Assembly: GCA_012295275.1 (NCBI GenBank)
Contig: CM022674.1
Location: 7,998,001 to 8,062,000, forward strand
DNA: 64,000 nucleotides
Source: Chrysomallon squamiferum
Lineage: Eukaryota > Animalia > Mollusca
Direction of reading: 5' to 3'
The notes below the pieces were generated by a model, which had not been told where the DNA came from, ran no database searches, and worked only from the letters and a program-made list of their open reading frames with translations. Positions 27,034 through 52,067 of the stretch are shown piece by piece (position 1 is the stretch's first letter; the number at the start of each line of letters is the position of its first letter). The position numbers and the translations under genes were made by a program.

Positions 27034-29947
27034 ATGGCAAGTGCTAAGTGAGTATATCTTAGAGATATTTTAGCATTAATTTAGGTAAAAAATATATTTG
27101 AAATAAAATGAGTCTGTTGGTATTTATTTGGTGTTGTCATCATCGTATGATTTTGGGTGCATGTGATAAATGGACCAATCATTCAATGATTCGGCAATGT
27201 CATAATTGGATTAGTGCAGGCAGAGACCAAAGTTGATGACATCCGATATAAATAAAAAAAAGTACTTACATTCACATGGTTTTAAAATTAAATAGAGTAA
27301 ATAATAATAAAAGTATAATATATATTTAATTCATGCATAATTAAATAATAATAATAATAATAATAATAAAAATATAAAATAAAATAAAAAATAAAAAATA
27401 AAAATTTGTATCGTTATATTACCATATCATTATTAATGAATTTCCCACATTTTGAAGTTCATAACTTTCAGTAACCTTGAAAGATACGAACAAAACAAAA
27501 TTTAATGTGTAGTGAGTTTGTTGTAAATGTTTTGATATTAACTGGCTGTCATTATATCATATATCATATTATATGCTAAACATTCTTAAATGCACCCTGA
27601 ATTACAGAGCAAACAAATATTATAAGTGTTTATATATTTATACTCTAAGACCTAACACCCACAACTCAAATGAAATTTGTTGTGAAAATATTCAAGATTC
27701 TAATTAATTTTTTCTTTATTATTTTTTTATTTATTTTCTAAATTGTCTTTAATATAAAAAAATCATCTACAATATCAACACTTATTTCTTTCAGAGCAGA
27801 CATTGCTCTCATTGGGCTGGCAGTCATGGGACAGAATCTGATTCTCAACATGAACGACCATGGCTTCACTGTGAGTAATTATTTCATTATCTTTTAATTT
27901 TCAGTGAATGTAAATACCTAAAATTAATCGATTAATCAAATATACAGATCAGAATTAAAATATTTTCAGTCACTTGATTGTTGTCTAGATTTATTTCTAC
28001 AAAACAAGGAAGGATTACAGTGCTTTTGGTTTTATTACTATTTTTCTTTTTAAAGCTTTCAGTCTACAAAGTAATGTTTAAAAAAGGAAATACTGATAAT
28101 GTTGTTAGATGGATTTTGAAAATAAAGAAAGTAGTAATATGTTTTTCTTCTTTTTATTTTTATGACAGGTTGTTGCTTTCAACAGGACTGTTTCAAAGGT
28201 TGACCAGTTTTTGCAAAATGAAGCCAAAGGAACCAAAATCATTGGTGCTCACTCACTTGAGGAAATGGTGAGCTTGTTGAAGAAGCCGCGACGAGTGATG
28301 ATGCTTGTCAAAGCTGGACAAGCTGTCGATGATTTCATAGAAAAACTGGTAAGTTTAATTTTTGTAATTTTAATTTTTTTTATAATTGTAACTGAATTAT
28401 TTGCCCAAGTGATATTTTTTAATTGGAGTTAACTTTTCTTTTGCATTCTTTATATTTATTTATAATGTGAAGTTTCATCTCATTTGAAATGAATGAATTT
28501 GATTCTGTTTTGCATGTATAAAATGTGTTATCTTTTGTAAAATACGAAGTCTGAATTAACCTTTCCTTACAGTGAATTTGTATCCTCTCTCTTCCATGTA
28601 TTTGTTTGTTAATGAGTTTTTATTTTGTTTTCAGATTCCACTGTTAGAAAAAGGAGATGTGATAATAGATGGTGGGAATTCAGAATATCGTGATACAATT
28701 GTATGTTTATAAATTTTCATCTTTGTTTTGGGATTATGAGCTAAAGATTATTGTCATTACCATTATCATTATTTTCACTGTCATCCTCCTCCTCGTTGTT
28801 GTTGTTGTTGTTGTTATTCTTATTGTTATATTTTAAAACTGTGTAATGACAGCATAAAACATGTTGTAATAATTATTTAAATATTTAGCTTGTTTATGAT
28901 GTTATAAATTTCCACCACTGTAAAATACAGAGAAAATTTAAAAATGAAACAGTACTGTAAAATTATATGTGGTGTAAAAATAACAATTAATATTATTTGT
29001 AGTTTATGTAAAGACTAGTACTGATGTGGAAATAAACAAAATAAATTTTATTTTAAATTTCAGAGAAGAACCAAGTTTCTTACTGGCAAGGGTTTGCTGT
29101 ACGTGGGGAGTGGAGTGAGTGGAGGGGAAGACGGGGCTCGCTATGGACCCTCCCTGATGCCTGGGGGAAGTCCTGAAGCATGGTAAGAACTGTTATTTAT
29201 TATTATACTATGTATTTCTACACTGAAAATACGCTTTAATTACAAGTTGTTATTTTACTGTTTTAGGTTAACTGTCATTGTACAATAAGTACAGCAGCAA
29301 AATATAAAAAATATAATAAATATTCCATGATTATGAAATAATCCCATGAATATTTTAAGTCTTGTTTATATTGTTATATATATATATACATATGTGTGCT
29401 CATGTGTGTGTGTGTGTGTATAACTCAGTGGAAAGATTGAAAATAAAAATCCTATAACTGTCTATTTGAAATTAAAAATAAAAAGAATAATTTTATATCT
29501 GAAATTTTCACATTACTAAATTTTGAGAAATAAAATATATATATGTATATTTTATTTATGTATTTATTTTCTTCAGGGCTCACATCAAGCCAATTTTTCA
29601 AGGTATTTCAGCCAAGGCAGGTGGAGAACCCTGCTGTGACTGGGTGAGTTTATTTGTAAATACTCAGTACTCAATACTCATTATTTGTAAATAGTTTTTA
29701 TTCACAGTCAGTTGTCAAGTCTCAGTCTGTCTGTGTAAAGGTTATTAAATATTCATTTATTCAGTATGTTATGCATGATTAGATAGTGTACATTACTTTG
29801 TACAGTGAGAGAAAAATTATTAAAAATGCTTTGTCATTGTTGTTGTGTCTTTCTACTCTTCATTTATTTATTTATTTATTATTATTATTAACATTATTAT
29901 TATCATTATTATTATTGTTATTATCATTATTATTACTATTGTTATAA

Positions 29948-29998
<51 letters not shown>

Positions 29999-32900
29999 CC
30001 TAGTTTTAATAACTTCATTACATTGAGATGAAGAATTATTATAAAAATTTGTATTATATCCTAGAGACTTTATTATGACATGTTAATTTAGGATTAAAAA
30101 AATTTCAGTTTAGCTTCATGCTTGTTACTGAACCAGATTGACAGTTTAAATCAAAAATGTATTGAAGACATAATTGTTTATGTTTGGACTTGTTTATTTT
30201 TTGAACTTGTTAGTGATGAATAACTAAATGTCTGTGTCACAGGTTGGTCCGGAGGGTGCAGGACACTTTGTGAAGATGGTTCACAATGGAATAGAGTACG
30301 GCGACATGCAGCTGATCTGTGAGGCCTATCACCTGATGAAAAGTCTGCTTGGCCTGTCATGTGAAGAAATGTCTAATGTACGAGTCACTGTGGTTTCATA
30401 CCTTCATTATTTATTATTTGAATTATGTGTCTTTTCTCTAAAGTCAGTCATGTGTAACAAGCTTTGCTTCTTACAAATTACATTTATGCTTGAATGGTTT
30501 TTGTTCCATGGCAAAATTATGATTGGAAAAAAAAAAAAATAGAATTACATTTTAATACTGAAGCATATTGGACACACTGTGGTGCATTTTGTTATAGAGT
30601 AATAATTATGGGAGACTTACTGGGTGGGATGTGATTGAATATCCATTCAACCATGACTTGTTTTTCCCCTGTGCTGTATGCATTTGGATGTTAATTTGAC
30701 TGATATAAAGATATAAAAATATATTAATAATGAGTAAACATTTTTTGATTTAATATACACATGGAGTATTCATTCTTTTTCATTTTCTTCTTACGCTTGC
30801 AATTCTGTTGTTGATTATTATTTGTTATTCTTTATTGTAAACAAATATACATGTCACAAACTTCTTTTTTTCGCATTTATATATTAACATATATGAATTC
30901 AGAATACCAGTAATGATACAAAGGAAATATATTTTTAAAATTATTAAAATAATGTTGTTTTGTTAACTATAAGCTGTATATTTTAAGCAAACATATAGAA
31001 GTACATTAAGAGGTGACACAGTATTGATTTAATGATAACACCTCTGAGAAACTAAATACATACTTGCCACATCTATAAAGTAAATGCATTGCTGGAAGTT
31101 TATTAACACAGGTTGCAGTTATAAAATCATATTAGTTAAAAAGAAAAAGAGTTAAATATAAAGTCTTGAATTTCAAATGCTCGTCACAATTTATCTGGTC
31201 CTAAAGAGGTTTTGACGCATTGTTCATTGAATCAGTTGCACACACACACACATACATATATATATATATTTTTACATGTTTTTAAGGTGTTTGATGAGTG
31301 GAACAAAGGAGAGCTGGAGTCGTTTCTGATAGAGATCACACGAGACATCATGAAGTTTAAAGACAAAGACGGATCTTACCTGGTTGAAAAGATCAGAGAT
31401 TCTGCAGGACAGGTAATTTATACAGATTTCTCTTTCCTGTCATAATCAAAGTTTTACAATGTCTGATCAATTTTTTCACTAATTAAAACTAATTTAATTT
31501 TATCTCAGAAAAACACAAATATCAGATTTTCAAAACTCAGATAACTCTTTCTTATCAATATTTTATTTAAAATTTATTTAAAAAATAAACTGAATAGTAG
31601 TAATATCAGTTAAAGGTTTGAATGTCTGAACAGAAAGTGATTGGGATTTGAGCTTTTGTTACTTGTTTTTGAAGTTATTTCGAATTTTACGTATTTTGAA
31701 AATTCCATTATGTATTTTTATAATGAACTGACAAATTATTACATTATTTTTGCATTGGAAAAATTATAATTACACGTCTTTTTAAATGATAATTTATCTT
31801 CCAGTGACATAAAATGTGTACATATTTTTACAATGGTAACTGGCAAGTGGACTTCTGTTACATCATTAAATCATGTTCAGTGTTATAATCCATATATATA
31901 AGTGATATTTTATAGTTATATAAAATGTGTTAATACCTTCATAGAAGGGGAAGGGCAAATGAATAGCTACTGCATCCTTGGAGAGTGTATAGAATTGTTT
32001 ACGTTAATTTTAAGACATATAATAATATAAAAATGCTATTGTAGAAGGGAGAGTGTATAGAATTGTTTAGGTTAATTTTAAGACAGAATAAAATGTTACT
32101 GTAGAAGGGGACTGGCAAGTGGACAGCTATTTCAGCCCTGGAGTATGGAGTTCCGGTCACGCTGATTGGGGAGGCTGTGTTTGCTCGGTGTCTTTCATCC
32201 CTGCAGGAGGAGCGAGTGGTTGCAAGCAAGCAGATCACTGGACCAGACAAGACCAAGTACACAGGAAACAAGAAGGCTTTTATTGAAGATATCAAAAAAG
32301 TTTGTTTTCCTTTTAATAATCCACATTTTGTTAGTACCAAACTTGTTTAAATATTATTATTTCGTACCAAAACAGATATTTAGTTTCATAAAAACTATTA
32401 ATTAACTATGGCAGAGAGTAGAAACTTGTACTGCAGGTAAAGAATGAAGAATATTTATGGTAACGACAGGGAGATATCAGAAAAATAATGGAGTGACTTT
32501 TAAGCTATTTTTGTTCACTTTGTTCTTAATACAGGTAAATACACTGTAAAATATACACTTTTTATCAAATAGTTTGTTGTAGTAGGTTTTTACAAAAGAT
32601 TTATAATCAGTTGGTCAGTCAATTTATGAAAACCTAAATTTATTAATACTATAATCTAAAATTAATTACAGAAAACTATTGTGCAAAAAGATATTTAGTT
32701 TGTTTTTGGTTCTAGTCATCTCACTACAGCATCATATTTATTTAATATTAAAGAGATAAATGTTTCCAAAAAACCCAGATACCTTTTATGTTTTTTATGT
32801 TTTATATTGGTTTTGGATTAACTGTTTTTCAGCTATTGAAAATATTTTATAGGTTTGTAGTTACATTAACCTGAATACTAAAACAAAAATTAAGAAAGAA

Positions 32901-34730
32901 AATACCCCTAAAATTTTTAAATCCATGAAAACTATATTTATGCTTAATTAACTAGGAACCTCACTGAAAAAGAGATTAAAGCTGAATGGTTTTTATCTTT
33001 CAGGCCTTGTATGCAAGTAAGATTGTGTCCTATGCTCAGGGATTCATGCTGATGAGGGAGGCAGCTAAAGAACTTGGGTGGTCTTTGAACTTTGGTGCAA
33101 TTGCACTTATGTGGAGAGGAGGGTGCATCATTAGAAGGTGGGACATTCAGTCACTGTCAGATTGTTATTATAGCTTAGTTACAATATTTTGATGTTTAGT
33201 GGAGAACCCTGTATTTTCATTATACCTGTGATTTCTGAAATCAACATCGTTGAGCAGTATCTCATTATTGGGCAAAAACCTTAGTTAAAAACTGGGTTTT
33301 TAGTTAATATTATGATAAAACGAACATATGAACTTCAAAGATATTTAAGAAATATGTTTAAAATTTAATTGTTTACTTGTTTGGCATCAGTCTGGAATCT
33401 TTTAAACAAAAAACTGAGTTGAGATCAGAGGATGTGCATCCTTATTCCATGGTAATTAAAACAGCAACAAACTCTTCTTGGCTTTGAAAAACAGGTTAAA
33501 AAAACAGAGGTTGCTGTTAGTTTACCAGTGTTGAACTTCTAATCAAGTTCTTTTTCATTTTTCCTTTTCTTCCTCAGTGTTTTCTTGGGAAATATCAAAC
33601 AGGCATTTGACAAAAAACCAGACCTCAGTAATTTACTGTTGGATGACTTCTTTAAGAAAGCCATTCAGAACTGTCAGGTATGTTAGTTCTTGTTTTTTGT
33701 GATGATCTTACCAGAAGAATTGTTAAAATATATGTTTTAGTGACCTGCTGCATTCATCTTATTATATATATATATGCATATTTTAGATTTTTCTTTTTTT
33801 TCTTTAATTCTGATTATGTAAAAACTATACATAAAAAGGTTTCTTAATATTCTGGTTAATGTAATTAAAAACAGGACTTTTATTTATTTATTGTTTTGTA
33901 CCCTGTATAAGTATTTATAAGAATTAAAATGATAAATAAATACCGTGTTTCTGCAAAATCTTCATAATATATACATATATTTATATTGAAAACAAGTATT
34001 GAATCAAATATTTATTCAGTAATGATGACACAAATTATTTAGTAATTTTTCTGATAAATAAGTAAATAAGATATAATCAGTTAGTAAATTAAACTATTAG
34101 TGTACAAGATTGGAAGTGTTGTAAACTGTGTATTGTTGTGTAGGCTTCCTGGAGACGTGTGGTAAGTACAGCTGTGATGAATGGAATCCCGACTCCAGTT
34201 TTCAGTACAGCGCTCGCATTCTTCGATGGATACCGCAGTGCCAGACTCCCAGCTAATCTCATTCAGGTTTGCTTTAGAAAAAAATATATAGTAAATATGT
34301 AATATCTGTCACTTTTCTCTGTGTGTGTGTGTGTAACTTTAAATAAAGATAAATTAATTTTTATGAGTAAAAATAACAAAAGAATAACTAAAATAAATGA
34401 ACATGTCTGAAAGGTGACCCATTTTGAGAAATTAAAATTTTATATAGTTAAACTTTTTTGTTATTTGTTACTTAAAATTAAATATTTATATCTGACTGCA
34501 TGTTTTTCTAGTGTTGTTTTTTTTATATCTGTGTGTGTATGTGCTTTTAAAATAGGTCTCACTAGTTTTTCTTCTGTGAAGAATTAAGAACAGTAAATCT
34601 GTTGTTGCAGGCACAGAGAGATTACTTTGGAGCACACACGTATGAGTTACTAGACAAACCAGGAGAATTTATCCACACAAACTGGACTGGTCATGGTGGA
34701 AATGTCTCTTCAACAACCTACTCAGCATAA
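27034..34730 (+). CDS. PGD: 6-phosphogluconate dehydrogenase, decarboxylating (484 aa, 13 exons)
   Basis: Exons 27034-27047, 27795-27870, 28169-28348, 28635-28700, 29064-29182, 29577-29643, 30243-30377, 31287-31412, 32105-32299, 33004-33137, 33578-33677, 34144-34266, 34611-34730 (1455 nt). Motifs [95 protein letters not shown]. Confidence 0.98.
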
Positions 34731-37700
34731 TCTAAAATCTGATGCAATTTACACAGGGTGTTTACAGATAGAAACTGTCGCAAGCAACACAACTTCTGCA
34801 ATATCTTTGTTTTCTTTGTTTTCTTTGTATTCTTTGTATTCTTTGTTTTTTTATGTGTATAGACCACTTTGTGTAAAAGTTATTTTACAATGGCATTCCA
34901 ACATTTTATGTCTCGCATAATACTGAAAAAATCTGTCAACTTTTGTTGTAAACTCATAAACATACACACACTGACACAATAGTATATGGTTTTAATTGTT
35001 TATTTTAGTTACAGTGCACCCAAGATGTTTGTTTTGTTTTTGTTTTTGTTCTTCATTCACATGTGTTTTGGTGAGGTAGAAATCTAAATTTTCTTTCACA
35101 CATTAATAATAATAGTAATAATTTTTGGAAATGACAAATTATTTGTCAAATTAGTTTTGTTTTTACATTCTTCATAGAGGATGCTTGTTTTAAAGAGGGT
35201 TTTTTCCTATTATATTAAAATACTAATGTGAGAAATAAGATTATTCAGTAATAAAGTACTGGGATTACACTTCGGAAAAATCAATTTTTGAGAAAAATAA
35301 CTGACTAGAAATCAGAGTTGGATAAAATATAAGAATTTTTTTTAATATATATATATTACATTTTAATGAATAATTCCATTAATCAATTCTCTCTTGCCAA
35401 TATCACATTTGTAGTTGATGACTTGTTTGTTGAGAATATCAAATTCTGTTGTCATTATTGTTATTGTTAGTGAAAAATAATGAAGCATGTAGTAAATTTC
35501 TTGTTTGTGGTTAATGACATGCATATTACACACATATATAAATGTAACTGTGATAAACATTAAAAGTGTTATATTGATCGTGCTGTAATCTCTGTTGGAG
35601 ATACAGATTTGTGTTTACTATGCTCATTTCTGTATCTGTTATCTTGTTGCCATAAAATGTCTTTACTGTCAGTCTTCATCCATCAAATTATGCATAATAT
35701 GATTTGTAAAATGTTTGGTAAAAAAACAATGTGAAATAATAATAATGTTCATTAATTCTTAAAATTATAAATTATTATGCTTAAAATATTTTTTTTTAAA
35801 TGTTCTACTGGTTGTGTGAACAAACTGCTACCACATAATTTGAATCCTTCACATTCAAAGGTTTAGGATTCATAAAGTACAACAAATATAAAGAGGTATA
35901 GATGTTGTCATTTTCCTTACTGTCTTAAAACTCCATTAAAAAAACAACTTAATATGATAACAGAAACTCAGGTAATATTTAAACATCAAATATAAAGAAA
36001 AATGCAGGAAGATGGCATTGCATTTCACTGGACTGATTTTTATACAACTGTTGACAGTTTATGGTATGTAAGTAGAAAGTTTGTTCTTACCACCAGTAGT
36101 TTAAGTCTTTGATGATTACCTCATATTTTGATATTTTTTTATAACCATTAGCTTCCTGCACAGAAATCAATGAAAATAAAATATATCTTTTAGCATTCTC
36201 TGTTTTAATTGCATGCTTAGTGACAATTTCAGTGTCTCTTTTTTTATTTCTAGATTTTCATCATCATTATTATTAATTTGAAAGTACTGTTAAAGATTTA
36301 TCTAAACCTGACCATTCAGTAGGACTCTATAACCTAAGCCAAAATAATTTGAAAACTCAAATCTTTAAGTTCAGGTTAGCCTATGTTGAGTTTATAAAGT
36401 CAACTAGATATACATTTTGATGATTTTTAATGTGTAAAAATGGAGAAATTTGTTTAAGCACAATTACATGTATATTCAGATCAATGTACAAATGATGATT
36501 TAATATTAATTACACTGGTCTGAGGCAGTGCTCTGACACATCATAAAATAACATTATCAAACACAAATATAGTGATGAAAATTAAAAAGTTATGAAAAGT
36601 TACTTTTCAAATAAACATTAAAAAGATGATTAGAAAAATGTTTTATTGGTAAAAGCACATAATTTGATATGTGGAGTATTAAATCACAATGACACTGCAG
36701 TCATGACTCAGAAGACTACTTATATACATCTATCTAACATATGTTTGTTACAAGAACATAATAATATGATCAATTTCCTTATTGCAAATAAAAAAAGTTT
36801 ACAAAAATAATCCATGGAAATAACAACAAATCCCATCACAATAAATTCAAAGATAAGTACATACATTTATGTAATTTAAACTTTGAATGTCAATAAAATT
36901 CAATTCCTGACAAATAACAGATTCAGGCTAATCCAAAGGCATGTTATATTTCAGAAGCATTTATTTCCATATGTGTCCAACTAAAACAGCAAAGGAAATT
37001 AAATCATGACTCCATTAACATATTTTTGGCAGTAAATTATGATAAATTAATGTTGAAGGAATAAAAATGGAACATTATTACAATGTTATTTGAAGAAAAA
37101 TCATTTAATAAGTGAATTGGATAGATTTTACATTATACAGTGTTGTATCTTAAGCACATAAAACAATTTTAGCATACACAAATATAAATATGCAATAAAA
37201 TTTATTTTAATTAGGTGGAATGTACCACAGAAAAAGCTGTTCTGATTTGAAAGTGTCATGCACATATATCTTATTTAATATTCAGCATGTACATGATGGC
37301 AGTTGTAAATAGTGATTATTTTAATTTTAGAATTAAAAAGTGTAGAAAAATGTAAACATTTTCACAACTCATTTTTCTGCTTTATTAACACAGAATATGT
37401 GGAATGCATTTTAGATTCACTTGAGAACTGAGAACACTTCTGATTTGCAAAAATTTTAAAAACAGCAATTTTGTCAATGTTTAAATGTAAACTAAAGAAA
37501 AATATAAAACTTAAAATTATAAATAGGAAATCCACAACCAAGGAAGTCTATTATAAAGAAAAATAAAAAACTTAAAAATGCTGAAAGTTAAAAAGAGAAG
37601 CTCTTTGCCTTTTATGTTTCATTTTTATTTGAAAATTGATTAAAAGTTAACATGTTCCTCTAATGAGTTTTATTTTGATGGTATACTCAAAATATATTCA

Positions 37701-37846
37701 ATATTCAGATCAAAGCTAAATACAGATATATAAAGATTCATAAAGCTACAGTATCACAGCTTAATAGTGTAGCTTTTCATTATCTTTTAAAACTAAAAAG
37801 TCAAGACATTTTGATCCAGGAACACTTGTTAATGTTGTCTTTTTCT

Positions 37847-48918
<11,072 letters not shown>

Positions 48919-49129
48919 GGTTGAAAGACGTGAAACCTTGAAAATAAATGAAAATGAACATAATTTGAAATTATCCTGATGTTTTTCCTTAATTAGATAA
49001 CAATGATTACCTGAAACAGAATTTTTAAAACTAATCTTATATCACTTGATTATAGGGTTTGATTTCAGATATTTCTTACTAGACAGAAGATAATTCCTTC
49101 TTCATCATACCTATTAATTATGGCATTAA

Positions 49130-49171
<42 letters not shown>

Positions 49172-49716
49172 GTAGATATATATATGTAGATAGATGTTTT
49201 GTTATATTTATTTGTAAAATGTTTTTGTTTTTTAATTTCTATTTGAAATCTTAATACAGCCTAACTAAGTAACTTTTAAAATTAAAGGGCCCAGAGCTAC
49301 TGCACAGGCAAAATGAAAATGACACAAATGGTTATTTAAAAAAATCTATTGGCTATTTAGTTTATTGTGATTCTTTTTATTATGTTATCGTTAAGTCGTT
49401 AGATTGCAGAATAAAGTTAAGTCTAAAGAGTCAAGACTAGCAGGGAAATGTTTTACACTGCGATCTCTGCATCTGATGTGACCGAATTAGATCAATCAAA
49501 GCGTTGAATGGGGAAGATCCATTTTCATGATTTTGTAGCATTACGAGTGTATCAGTTTATACGAACTATAATGATTTATAAATAAGATTAGGCTGTCTAT
49601 GTCAGCATTTTACCTCCACTGTGATGAATGTTTCTTACATACGTTCGATGTATTTCATTAATATTTCATAAATGTTAAAAAGTCTCTAGACTTTCTTAAT
49701 ATTCTGTTTATCTTTA

Positions 49717-49765
49717 ACCGGAAGTCACGTGATCTGCGCAAACTAAAGTTAGTATGACCGGAAAC
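49717..49765 (-). promoter_or_regulatory. Probable aPKC promoter: ETS site ACCGGAAGT fused to E-box GTCACGTGA, second ETS ACCGGAAA
   Basis: Motifs lie just upstream of a probable non-coding first exon (donor GAG|GTAAAA at ~49615). The ATG-bearing exon has an acceptor at ~48937. Confidence 0.6.
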
Positions 49766-49776
49766 AGTCGTAACCG

Positions 49777-49830
<54 letters not shown>

Positions 49831-50056
49831 AATAATAATAATTACGCTTTAAGGAAAAAGTGTATTTATTACTATTTTAATTGGCTTCTGTTGTTATATA
49901 TATTTTTCATAAGAATAAAAGAAAAAAAGAAAAGCAATAAAGAACTTTTTAAATTAATTAACTAAATCGTTATTCGTAAAATAATGTAGTTTTTGCTAGT
50001 TTTTTTTGTCGGTTTTGTTATTATTGTTCTTTGGATATTGTTTTTTTCTTGAAATG

Positions 50057-50131
<75 letters not shown>

Positions 50132-50309
50132 AACAAGCATTTCATTCATTTAGAAATAGCAAAGTAATAGAAAAAACAAATTAATTGTTTGTTTTGTAAT
50201 TTTATTAGTCGTTGCTATGTATAAAAATAAAAATTAATCATACTTAAAAGAAACAAAAACTATATGCTTATATATGAGGTAAATAAGCAGTAAATACTGC
50301 TTAAAACTC

Positions 50310-50346
<37 letters not shown>

Positions 50347-50685
50347 TAGTATATTAGATGCATTGTAATTTTCATTACTTTAACACAACATTTAAATTAT
50401 AAAACAATACAAATTTTGAAAAAAAATAATATATATAATGGTATTTCTAGAAGGTTTCTTCTATTTTCTGTCTAACTTTTACTCGTTTTTCGCTATTTTT
50501 CTTATTTCTTTCTTCTTCTTTTTTTAAATACTTTTATCTCATTCTGAGATTATTTATTTATTTTATTATTTTGTAATTGTTAAATGGATAAAAATTTATT
50601 ATAAAAATAATATTGGAAACTAGCAAAATTAGAGAAAGCAAAGAAAGGAAAAAAGAAATATTCTGTAGTAATAATTCTGGCAGAA

Positions 50686-51825
50686 TTACATTGCTTCACT
50701 CGCTTCAAGACTACCAACCTGCAAAAAAAAAGAGGTAAAATTAGCCAGTAATGATATCAACAGCAGCAATAAACACGTTAATCACGACGACAAATACATC
50801 AACAAATATAGAAACAATTAGCAGTTTGAAGAAGTTATTACTATTCGCAGTTATAACACTAGATATATAATTGTTGTCGTAGTGGATAACAATATAATAG
50901 TGCCTGTAGTAGCAGCAGCAATTGAAATGTGTCGGCGTGTTTAGAATGATGCAGTTACTTTGAAAGAAGTAGAAGAAACAGAAGAAGAAAAAGAAAAGAA
51001 GCTTGAATCTGTCGAATATTGTGAAAAAACGTTATTGAAGGATTACATTAATACTGTAGTTATATTTTAGTTATACAAATGTTTTTGATAACGTATTACC
51101 GATGGTAAAGAGATACTCGAGCTGTACAAAACAGAGTGTAGAGAACTGCTTTCATTAAACATCCAAATATCTGAAAATAAACATTAAAAACATTTATAAA
51201 AAACACAACAAACCCCACCACATGCAACAGCCAATTATGGAATACTATTGAACGTTCAGCCAAGTCTTTTTTTGGAAAACAGTCCAGAATATTCTGTTGT
51301 CTGACATACGTCTGTAATATTTACAGGATTAGTTTCATAGATGAGAGATGAACTAGGATCAATTAAACACACACACACATATATATATATGTGTAAAAAT
51401 TGTGATTATGAATGATTACTATATAATAATTATGGGCAGTATTTACAAACTGACCTGTAAGTATGATAATATTCAGCTTACTGAATTAAACAGTTATTAC
51501 CAGGTAAATGTGATTCTTTCTGATTCAGAATGTTAGTGTCTGCAACATATTCTTCGAAAAACTTCACTCGTAATATCTCGATTATCCAAGACAACAGTAT
51601 TACGAAGTCTGTAGAACAGTAAATAAACAAATATTTGATAAAAGTAAATAAATAATTAACTTAAATTAGCAAATTTTAATAATTTCTTATACTTTAAATG
51701 GTTAGTTCAAATTAAAAAAAATAATAATAATAAATAAATAAATATAAGTACTGTTTTATATATATATATACATTTTTAAAAATTACATAAATAAATAAAT
51801 AAGTGAATAAATGAATAAATAAATG

Positions 51826-51856
<31 letters not shown>

Positions 51857-52067
51857 ATTTATTAGGCCTGCTACTAAATTAATATTCATTAAAAAAAAAA
51901 AATAATAATAATAATAATAAATAAGTAAACAAAATAAATAAAAGTTTATAAAAAATAAAAAATATATCAATCATTTTCAGTCTAAATTAGCTTAGTAAAA
52001 GAAAAAATCCTTCATGTCTGTTTTTAAACTCACCTATTACAAAAAGAGAAAGTATAACGTTCTTCAT
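50686..52067 (-). CDS. Putative orphan small spliced gene (81 aa, hydrophobic N-terminus)
   Basis: Exons 52067-52034, 51608-51501, 51170-51100, 50718-50686 join in frame with canonical sites: MKNVILSLFVIDFVILLSWIIEILRVKFFEEYVADTNILNQKESHLPDIWMFNESSSLHSVLYSSSISLPSVGSLEASEAM*. AATAAA ~90 nt after the stop. No family recognised, and an alternative exon chain is possible. Confidence 0.42.
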
